64,000 nt of DNA from Staphylococcus phage AH12: sequence record OR455461.1; one strand, written 5' to 3'. Of the stretch, positions 31,402 to 40,880 are shown piece by piece. Each line of letters starts with the position of its first letter. The stretch's first letter is position 1. Made by a program: the position numbers and the translations under genes. The notes beneath the pieces were generated by a model, which had not been told where the DNA came from, did not search any database, and saw only the letters and a list, made by a program, of their open reading frames with translations.

Positions 31402-32956
31402 TTAATAAATATAATCTTCGATGTCTATTTCATTTTGTTTAATTGTCATATCATGGAAAGACTTCATAGAGCTTGTTACAATTGCTTGAGCTACCTGATT
31501 GACTAATAAACCAATATTTTCTATACCTAATTTGTAAGGGAGTTCTCCTGCACATTTACTACAGATATCTTCACTTGCACAATACATAGGACTTCTGAAG
31601 TTCAATACTTTCCCAATATGCTCATCTACATTTGAAGTAGTTAACAGTGTTAATTGACCTTTTCTTCCTGAATTATCTTCAAAATATCTATAAAGTAAAA
31701 GATTCGCATTATCTTTAGTTAAAGTTAATTTTAATGTATGTTTTGTTCTACAATCAGAACCTTGTTTATCTAATACAGTTGTTTGGAAAGCAGACATAAG
31801 TTTTTTAGCTTGATCATTTTATTATCTATATTTTATTATAGATTAGACTATATCTTATGAATTTAATCATTTCTATATTTAGTCGTTGAACAACTTAATA
31901 AAGTTGATGCTAGTTAGTTTTTAACATTCTAGCAATTAATAGAATTTATTGTGAGCATCTAATTTACCCACCTTCTTGAGTCATTTATGTTAATCTATAT
32001 TAATTTAATATAGATCAGACTATATCAAAAACTCTTTATGAGTTTAATTATATTTAGTCGTTGAACAATCATTCTGATTGATGCTGATTAAGTTTATCTC
32101 TTCTCAGCAATTAATAATTTTTCTATTATTACATTACTATAATAAAGGGCATTCATATACCTAAAGCACGTCCAGCTGAACCAGCAGTCATAATGTCTCC
32201 AAACATATATAGTTCTTCTGGATCAATTCCATCAGCTAAAGAACTCTTAGCAATACGTATTTTACTAGGATCAGCGAAGTTTTTATTTGCTCCACGTATT
32301 AATGCAGTTAACTTGAAGTTATTTCCAAAACTACCTCTTGATCCACTATCATAAATATCAAGGTCTGCTAAACCTTCTAATTCTTCTTTACTTAACTTAA
32401 TTAATTCTTTTTCAATAGCACTAATAGCATTCAATTCTTCACCAGGAGTATTTAATGCTTTACCATATTTCTCTAGTAATTCTTCTTTCTTTTGTTTAAC
32501 TTTATCAGGAGCAACCATCATTGTAGTTGTCAAACTAGAATTAATAAATCCTGCTATAGAGAAACCAAGCCATTGAAGTTTATCAATATACATATTCATA
32601 TCTTTAGTTGTAATAACATCATTAAGTAATAAACTAGATAACTCAGATTGTAGATTTCCTACACCTGATCCTCCCATATCTTTATTCATATATCCTATAA
32701 TAGGTCCTATTTTATTGTCTAATATAAATTTATTAAATATATATCTTCCAACTGTTGTTCTTTCATCTTTACTATTATAAACTAAATCTTTTTTAAGTTT
32801 AAATCTATCGCTAGGATTAAACATTGGTTGTGTATTTTGTCTAAATGCAAATAATTCTTTAAGTTTATCAAGAGTAATATCTTCTTTTTTTATACTTAAT
32901 AAAGTTGATACTTCTTTCTCAGATAAATCTTTTTTATCATAAGTCATATTAACCAA
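31402..32956 (-). CDS. RNA polymerase beta-prime-like subunit, C-terminal half, interrupted by two group I introns; proposed exons 32956..32155, 31981..31962 (mini-exon), 31794..31402
   Basis: 'FRSPMYCASEDICSKCAG...IENIGLLVNQVAQAIVTSSMKSFHDMT' aligns to E. coli beta-prime '[21 protein letters not shown]...[25 protein letters not shown]'. 'KQGSDCRT' aligns to 'TEDDCGT'. Exon A ends GRALGI. The mini-exon restores 'YSRRWVN' (compare 'GYLTRRLVD'). The joined exons total 1215 nt and are in frame. Confidence 0.7.
31795..31961 (-). mobile_element. group I intron (beta-prime intron B), ORF-less, ~165 nt
   Basis: Minus-strand core elements are present: P AATTGCTAGAAT, Q AACTAGCATC, R GTTCAACGACTAAAT and S AGATATAGTCT. 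A 5' junction GGTAAAT|TAGATGCTC is also present. Confidence 0.65.
31982..32154 (-). mobile_element. group I intron (beta-prime intron A), ORF-less, ~170 nt
   Basis: Minus-strand elements are P AATTGCTGAGAA, Q AATCAGCATC, R GTTCAACGACTAAAT and S TGATATAGTCT. The 5' junction is GGTATAT|GAATGCCCTTTATTATAGTAAT and the 3' junction is ATAAATG|ACT. Confidence 0.7.
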
Positions 32957-33272
32957 TTTAATTTCACTTCTTTCATATATTATTTGTAATATTTGAATGT
33001 TATCGTCAATTTTATATTTTTGTAATTTATAAAAATATCTCGTAAAAAATTTGAAAACGCCCGGAATATTATATTTATATAATAATATAATTATTATAAT
33101 ATATTAAAATATTTAAATATTTTAATATATAAAAAATATAATATTAGAGGGGGTATATTTAGATTTTGATTATATCAAAATCTAATAAATTATTTCTTCT
33201 TAAATTACATAAGAAAGATAAAGAAAACAAGTACATATATAAATTTATTAAATGAAAGGAATTGAATAATAA

Positions 33273-36200
33273 GTGAAGTATCTTAATAGATTAAAGAATT
33301 TAAAATTCTATTCAATTTCAGGATATAAGATTAAAGCTATAGATGAAAATATTAAGGATCAAAAGAAAAACCAATTAATAATTTATAAAGGTTTTAAAGA
33401 AAATTCATTTATAGAATTCTTAAATAGTGGTATATTATATTATCAAAATTTCAAGAATATTTATACTCCTAGAATATATAGAACAGCAAATAGAAAATCA
33501 AGATTAATTACTAATATTTCAGATTATCAACAAGAAATTAAAAGTAAATCAATTAAATCTTATAGAGTTGAAAGAAATGAGAAATTATTTAAAGGAAGAA
33601 ACTATATAGTTGATTCAAGTAAATTTATCAATCTTGAAGATAAATCTTTAATGACTAAGAATTTTAAAACTGTATCAGATTCAATTAAAAATACTTATAA
33701 TAATTTAAATAATCCAGAAGAATATGAAAATTTATTATATGTAATTAATGTAGATGGATACAATAAATCTTCTCAAGAAGCTATTAGACCAAATACAAAA
33801 GATTTTATGTCAAGTTTATTTATGATGATTAAGAATCAGGAAGAATTACCTCATAAAGAAAATCAAAATGTAGTAGCTTTATTTATTTCTATTGAGAACG
33901 GTATAATGTTTAAATTTGATTTTAAAGATTATAATAAATTCAATAATAGATTAAGACAAAGATTAAGAAGAGCTATTGATTTAAATACACAACAAATAGA
34001 TACAGATGAAATTTCTAATGTTGAAGATGATGATAATACAGAAGCTATAGATTCAACTATTAAAAAGAAATCATTTAGCAATGTTAAAGATATTGATCCA
34101 GTTGAATTACAAGATAAGAATGAAGATGAAGTTAATCAGGATATTGAAGATTCTAAGATGGAAAAAATATCTAAGAAAATAGATGATACATTAAGATATA
34201 TTAAATCTAATGATAATATTGATATGGATATTAATGATGAATATAATATTGCAATGATAATTGAAAAAGAATTAAACAATAATAATGATCTTATTGATAT
34301 TGATGAAGATACATTATACAATGATGTACTTGATAAGAATGATTCATTTAAATCAATTAAAAGAGATATTAAAAATAAATCATATATTGGAGACACTGCA
34401 TTAAAGAATTCTAAAAAGATATTATCACTAGCTAAAAATCAAGATGAATATCTTGAAAAATTAGAAGATTTTAGTTTCTCTGAAGATAGTATTATTGATA
34501 GAGAAATTAATGAAAATGTCAATAGTATTAATGATGAAGCAATAAACAATGTATCTTCAAATGATTTTGACTTATCTTATATGAAAAAGACATTTAATAA
34601 AGACTTTGTAAATATTATGAAGAGTTTTAATGATAAGGAAGAAATACCAGTATTCATTAACAAAATGAATGTAGAAGATAATTCAGATTCTCAATCATTA
34701 AAGAATACTGTAAAAGTTCAATTTAAGAGTCCTGATGGAATTAACCATAATGTAAAATTTGATGTACCTAAAATTATTGATGGTAAATATTTAAAATTAA
34801 ATGGTGGTAAAAAGGTTCTAACTAAACAATTAATGATGTATCCTATTGTTAAATATAGACCAGATACAGTTTGGATTACAACTAATTATAATAAATTTAT
34901 CATTGAAAAATTTGGTACTAAAGAGAATTCTGAAACTGAATGGCTTAAAAAAGTTATTGAAGATAAACAAGTACTAGAATACATTAAAGATAAAAATGAT
35001 ATTAATATTCAAAAAGGTAACTCATCTTTAATTAATAAAGAATATTTAACTTCTGTGTTGTATAATAATTTATCTAAAAATATATTAAGATTCTCTAAAG
35101 ATGATTTGATAATTGATTTTAATCAAAGAAATCTTAAAAAAGTTATTTCAGAAAGTAAAACTTTAAGTGAAATTGATTATGATAAAGATAAATACTATCC
35201 TATCGGTTATAGTTCAAACAAATCTAAATTAATATTGTCAAATACTACAGAATCTATTATTTTTAAAGCTACTAAAAGTAATATAGAATCTATGAATATT
35301 AATATTACAGATTATATTATTGAACAACTTGAAGATAATATTGATTTTAGTCTAATAGATAAAAAATTCAGTAAAAATATTCAAGCTAGTAAAACAATGG
35401 CATTTTCTCGTGTTAAAATTACTAATAAATTAATTCCTACAATAGTATTATTAGGTTTCTATAAAGGTTTAACTAGTATTCTTGATCTTTATGAAGTTGA
35501 TTATAAGTTTGTTGAAGAAAATGAAAGAATAACTATTAAAGATAAGAAGAATAAAATTAAATTCCAAAATGGTTATCTTATTTATTCAACAGATAAATTA
35601 AGATATGATTTATTATTATCAGGATTAAATACTATTCCTACTTCACAATATGACTTTGAAGAATTTAATAGTGAAACACCTTACTTAGAATACTTTAATG
35701 ATAAGTTCTATAGTCGTAATGTTGGTAAAGGAATTAAAAATGCATTAGATTTAGCAATGGATCCTATTACAGAAGATGTATTAAGAGATTTAAAATTACC
35801 TGAAACTATGGTTGAGTTATTACTCTTAGCTAATACCATGCTAGAAGATGTAACTGCTAGAGAACACAATGACATGGGAATATATCGTGTACGTGGTCCA
35901 GAACAAGTTAATGCTTTAATGTATAAAATGATTGCAAATGCATATAAAGAATATTCTGACTCTTACAATAATAAGAATCCTAAGAATATTTCAGTTAAAC
36001 AAGACCAATTAATTAAAACTATTATGGAACAACCTACTGTAGATGAAGTATCTGATCTTAATCCATCTTTAGAGATTGATAAGATGACTTCAGTAACTTT
36101 TAAAGGTCCAGCAGGACGTAATAATGAACAATCATATGAACCTGATATTCGTTCATATAGTGAAAGTATGCAAGGCGTATTAGGAATATCTAGTCCTGAT

Positions 36201-38095
36201 AGTAATAAAATTGGGGTAGTTAGACAGCTTTCATATAATTCATTAATTAAATCTACTAGAGGTTATACTGATGGCGGTAAAAAAGATGCTAATGATACAT
36301 CTCTATACACTCCATTAGAATTACTTAACCCTTATTCTAGTAGACATGCCGATAATCAAACATGGATAGTCGGCTTAAAAACTATTTAATTGCTGAAATT
36401 ACTTTAAAGTTAATCAGCATCAATCAAATTGTTCAACGACTAAATAATAGATACTAATTATATAATTAGTAATGATATAGTCTCAACTATGTATAAAGTA
36501 TATAGAAATAAGATAATGTCTCCACGTATTGGAATGACTGGTATATGAATGCCCTTTATTATAGTAATATAATAATAGAAAAATCTTTAATTGCTGAGAA
36601 AATAATAATTAAGTTAATCAGCATCAATCAAATTGTTCAACGACTAAATAAGATTATACCTAAACGGTATTTGATATAGTCTCAGCTTTAATTTATTTTA
36701 AAGAAGTTCATTAAGAACTAATACACAATAAACAAAGTGTATTAAGATAATCTGACTCAAGCCAAGCACGTAATTCCAACAAAAACTAATAGTAAACCAT
36801 TAGTTGGATCTGGTGTTGATAAATCTTTAGCTTATCAATTATCAGATACATTTGCTTTTAAAGCTAAACAAGATGGTAAAGTATTAAAAATTAACGAGAA
36901 AACTGGTTTAATGACAGTAGAATATATCAATGGTGAAAAAGATATTGTTGATATATCTGAAAAATTAGCCAAAAACTCTAACTCAGGTTTTTATCAATCT
37001 AATAAACTTGATCCACAATTTAATGTAGATGACACTTTTAATAAAGGTCAAATACTTGCTAAAAATAATAATTTCTTTGCTGGATCCGGTAAAGATAATG
37101 ATATTCAATTTACTTCAGGTAAATTATCTAAAGTATCTGTAGCTAGCTCATATGGTATTATAAATGCCTTTCATTATAGTAATGTAATGTCAAAAAATTA
37201 TTAATTGCTGAGAAATATTAAATTAATCAGCATCTCTACATTTATAGAGTTCAACGACTAAATATGATTATTCATTAATACTAATGAATTTGATATAGTC
37301 TAATCTATTATAAAAATATAATAGCTAATATAAATGACTTATGAAGATAGTTCTATTATTTCTAGTAGTATGTCTGAAGCAATGTCTACTAAAGTTACTA
37401 TGAAGAAAACAGTAAATATTCCATCAAACACAAATATTCAATATATAGTTAAAGAAGGTCAGAAAGTACGTACAGGTGATCCTTTAATGATATTTGAAAC
37501 TTCATTTGATGAAGAAGGTATTGGTTCTTTATTAGATAAAATCGGTAGTGAATTTGAACAAGATATTCAAGATATAGCTAATCGAGCTGTTAGAAGTAAA
37601 TATACAGGTAATATTAAAAAGATTAATATTTATTATAATGATGATATTGAAAATATGACTGATAGTTTAGCTAAATTAGTTAATAATTACATTAAAAAAT
37701 CAAATGATAAATATAAAGAATATAAATCTGGAGTTAAAAATAATAAAGAAACTTTACCTGGTATTGATGTAGATATTGCAGCTGTAGAGAAAATTAATAC
37801 AGAGAAAATTAAAGGAGAAAAAGTTGACGGAGTTCTTATTGAAATCTTCACTGAATATGAAGATGATATGAGTGTTGGAGATAAAATTAGTTTCTACGGA
37901 GCTTGTAAAACTGTAGTTGCTGATGTAACTCCTCCAAATGAATCACCTTATTCTGAATATAGATCTGATGAAGAAGTTGAAGCTGTATTCTCTCCATTAA
38001 GTATTGTCTCTCGTATGACAGTTGATATTTATATGATGTTATTCACAAATAAAGCTTTAATAGAATTAAAACGTAAAGTAAAAGATATGGTATAA
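33273..38095 (+). CDS. RNA polymerase beta-like subunit interrupted by three group I introns; proposed exons 33273..~36383, 36513..36546 (mini-exon), 36747..~37160, ~37337..38095
   Basis: The exon-1 C-terminus 'GPAGRNNEQSYEPDIRSYSESMQGVLGISSPDSNKIGVVRQLSYNS' aligns to E. coli beta '[46 protein letters not shown]'. 'LLNPYSSRHADNQ' aligns to 'LIPFLEHDDANR'. Exon-3 'QAKHVIPTKTNSKPLVGSG' aligns to 'QRQAVPTLRADKPLVGTG'. The in-frame stops at 36387 and 37202 fall inside intron cores. Confidence 0.65.
36384..36512 (+). mobile_element. group I intron (beta intron 1), short-form 5' region, ORF-less
   Basis: P AATTGCTGAAAT lies at 36388, Q AATCAGCATC at 36412, R GTTCAACGACTAAAT at 36431 and S GATATAGTCTC at 36474. 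A P8-like hairpin is TACTAATTATATAATTAGTA. The 3' junction is TAAG|ATAATG. Confidence 0.6.
36547..36746 (+). mobile_element. group I intron (beta intron 2), ORF-less, 200 nt
   Basis: The 5' junction is GGTATAT|GAATGCCCTTTATTATAGTAAT. The P, Q, R and S elements lie at 36589-36683. The 3' junction is TAAG|ATAATC. The exon joins are in frame and give ...MTGIY|NLTQAKHVIP. Confidence 0.65.
37160..37336 (+). mobile_element. group I intron (beta intron 3), ORF-less
   Basis: The 5' junction is GGTATTAT|AAATGCCTTTCATTATAGTAAT. P lies at 37204, Q at 37226, R at 37250, a P8 hairpin is ATTCATTAATACTAATGAAT and S lies at 37286. The 3' junction is ATAAATG|ACT, analogous to beta-prime intron A. The exact splice sites remain ambiguous, since both 37336 and 37350 are possible 3' ends. 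Confidence 0.55.
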
Positions 38096-38185
38096 AATTT
38101 ATAAGATGATTAATATCTATTTAATCATCTTTTTTTTATTTTAACACTATAATATTAATAAACATATAGAAAAGAGGAAAATATA

Positions 38186-39448
38186 ATGAATTTGGAATCA
38201 TTGGAAGAATCATTAGATAAAGAATTTAATTTAACTAATGAAGAATTAGAACGTAAGGTAGATACTGATAAAGAAGAGCCTATTTGTGAGGATTGTGGTT
38301 CTAAAAATTTATCTCTTAACGAATCAAATCAATTAGTATGTGAAGATTGTGGTTCTGAGAACAGTAAAGTAGTCAAAGAAGAATTATTAACTGAAGGAAT
38401 TAGTGAATTCTTTGCTAAACATGATGTTAAGAAAATAACTAAAAAAGCAATTAAAAGAGGTGCTACTAAAGTTGTAGTTAAAGAAATTGCAGATTTAGAT
38501 ATGATTGAAAAACTTAAGAAAGATAGAAGAATCAAAAAGTTACTACCATTAATAGGTGTAGTTGGTATGGCAATAAATAAGAAAAGTCCAGCTCAGATCG
38601 TAGCAAATATCGCAATTATTGGGTTGGGTGCAGCACATAGTGAAATATCTTCTAAAACTGAAGCAGGTAAAGATAAAGGATTAACAATTACTTTCACTAA
38701 TGAGGAAAAAGAACTTGTTCAGTCAATTGTTTTTACAACCACTGGATTAGACTTTAATAAAGCTGATGTAAAGAAAACTATTAAATCTTATATTGATAAG
38801 AAAGATAAAGAATTAATTGTAGAAAATATGAATAAATTAAATGAGCTAGATGGTTTGATGGAAGATATTTATATTCAAGAAGGTAAAAAATTAGATAAAG
38901 CTAAAAAAGTGGCTAGAAAAATTTTTGTGGGATTAACTCCTGAAGAAATTAAAGAAAAATTTGCTATACGTGTAGCTAAAAAGAAATATAATATTGAAGT
39001 TAAAAAAGGCTATAAGATAAATTATTCTGACGCTAAATTGTTTACACATGCAACTACACGTAAGGATTCACATACTATAGATTACGAATTAAGTTTAGTA
39101 TTTTCTTTTACTAAACCTAATGGTAAGAAAAGTTTCTTGGATAGAAGCGTTTTCATTTATAATCGTTTCTCAACAATGCAAGAAGCTGTATCATTCCAAA
39201 ATAAACATGGAAAAGATTTATTAAAAATATTTAAAACAACTAAAGCAGATAAAAAACCTAAGAAATCTAAATCAGTTAATGAAGGCATGGAAGAATTAGG
39301 TATTAATGAAGATTTTGAAGACAAATTATTTGAATATTTAGAAGGCGTTACAGAGCAAATCTTATCTGAAGAAAATAAAGAAGAACAACAAACTAATGAA
39401 GATATTACATCTTTAGAAGAATCTTTAGATAAAGAATTCAGTTTATAA
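38186..39448 (+). CDS. hypothetical protein with N-terminal zinc ribbon (CEDCGSKNLSLNESNQLVCEDCGS) and matching terminal direct repeats SLEESLDKEF(N/S)L
   Basis: The 420-aa ORF is a paralog of the zinc-ribbon module in 40881-42797. The first 12 codons are repeated at the C-terminus. Confidence 0.5.
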   Translation: MNLESLEESLDKEFNLTNEELERKVDTDKEEPICEDCGSKNLSLNESNQLVCEDCGSENSKVVKEELLTEGISEFFAKHDVKKITKKAIKRGATKVVVKEIADLDMIEKLKKDRRIKKLLPLIGVVGMAINKKSPAQIVANIAIIGLGAAHSEISSKTEAGKDKGLTITFTNEEKELVQSIVFTTTGLDFNKADVKKTIKSYIDKKDKELIVENMNKLNELDGLMEDIYIQEGKKLDKAKKVARKIFVGLTPEEIKEKFAIRVAKKKYNIEVKKGYKINYSDAKLFTHATTRKDSHTIDYELSLVFSFTKPNGKKSFLDRSVFIYNRFSTMQEAVSFQNKHGKDLLKIFKTTKADKKPKKSKSVNEGMEELGINEDFEDKLFEYLEGVTEQILSEENKEEQQTNEDITSLEESLDKEFSL

Positions 39449-39449
39449 T

Positions 39450-39490
39450 ATTTATCCCAATACCTAAATTAATAGGTATTGGGATTTTAT
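39450..39490. terminator. hairpin CCCAATACCTAAATTAATAGGTATTGGG + T-run
   Basis: The hairpin belongs to the same family as those at 10596, 21752 and 50178. Confidence 0.65.
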
Positions 39491-39553
39491 TAAATTTCAA
39501 GTTAACATTAACATATCGTATAAATAATAATAATAAGAAAGTGAGGAAAATTA

Positions 39554-40822
39554 ATGGGTTATTTTATTAGTAATGATGATCTTCAACCGAAAGATATTGT
39601 AAATAGTTATGTATCTTCATATCTTTCAGGTACTGAAAAGTATAGTAAATTCCAAGCTGGAGCTCCTAGTTTTGTTACTTATTACAGTAAAGATCATGAG
39701 AACTCAACCTCAGATAGATCGTTAGATAATGTTGAAGAAATTATTGGTGATAATTCACCACTTAAATATAATAAATTAAAAGATTTTCCATTATATTCTG
39801 TTACTGAAATGACACCTGGTATGGAATGGGATGAAGAATGGGGAGTTGATAAAGATCTTGAAAGTGAAGCGGTTATATTACCAGGTACTATTGAACCTCT
39901 TCCAGATGATTTTATTGTATTTCAATATCAAACTAAAGAGAATTCAACTAGTAGAATATATCGTATAACTAATGTAGAAATTAGTTCTTTAGAAAATTCA
40001 TCATATTATAAAATAAGTTACCAGAATTTTAATGTAAATACAGATGATATAGAGAGACAAGTTACTAACACTTATAGAACTGTATTTTCTAATATTGGTA
40101 CAGATAATAAATCATTAATATTAGAAGAAGATTTCTATCAAGTTAATAATAGTATTAAATACTCCGATGAAATATCTGCATTAATTATTGATAATTTCTA
40201 TAATTCTTCACTAAATACATTCATTTATTATGAAGATGAAATTAGTGCAGTAGCAAATGTAAAATATATAGATTTAAATTTATCTAGATTTATATACGAT
40301 AATAATTTATTAGTAAAGTCTAGTACCTATTTATCAAACATAATGCCTTATAAAGATAAAAATCCTAAAAATGAAAGAATAAACCAAAAGAATTATAAAT
40401 ATTCTCTATATGAAAGATTGAAAGATAGAAAAGAATTACCTAATATAATAACTTTAAATGAAACTAAAGATAATTTTTTAAAGATGTTTAGAGAAAAATA
40501 TTTAGAGATTAACTTTATGAATAAAGCTCTTCATGATACAAAAATATTAAATGATATGAATGATTTCACTGAATTATCTAATATAAGTAAAATTAATAGA
40601 ATTAATGAAGATTATCAAGGTGTAAATAGTTTAACTGATCTTGATGAACGTTATAAATTAATTGTACTATATTTACAAAAAGATAATATTGATGAAAAAA
40701 TTCTTGATAAAATATTTAAGTATTACGATGATAAGTTTGAATTAGATATGGAAGATTATATATTATTACCATGTATATTATTTATTATAAAGAATAATAT
40801 TGAATCTAAATTTAAAAAATAA
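39554..40822 (+). CDS. hypothetical protein (422 aa)
   Basis: The ORF has an RBS 'gtgaggaaaa' upstream. Confidence 0.45.
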   Translation: MGYFISNDDLQPKDIVNSYVSSYLSGTEKYSKFQAGAPSFVTYYSKDHENSTSDRSLDNVEEIIGDNSPLKYNKLKDFPLYSVTEMTPGMEWDEEWGVDKDLESEAVILPGTIEPLPDDFIVFQYQTKENSTSRIYRITNVEISSLENSSYYKISYQNFNVNTDDIERQVTNTYRTVFSNIGTDNKSLILEEDFYQVNNSIKYSDEISALIIDNFYNSSLNTFIYYEDEISAVANVKYIDLNLSRFIYDNNLLVKSSTYLSNIMPYKDKNPKNERINQKNYKYSLYERLKDRKELPNIITLNETKDNFLKMFREKYLEINFMNKALHDTKILNDMNDFTELSNISKINRINEDYQGVNSLTDLDERYKLIVLYLQKDNIDEKILDKIFKYYDDKFELDMEDYILLPCILFIIKNNIESKFKK

Positions 40823-40880
40823 TATATTATAAATCAAAAGAATTAACTATAAAATACAGAAAATAAAGGAGAATTTTAAT

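Noticed and set aside
36911-37204. Stand-alone 97-aa gene
   Set aside because: The reading frame continues upstream to 36746 without an ATG. Its product aligns to the beta subunit (KPLVGSG). It is an internal exon of the beta gene, not a separate gene.
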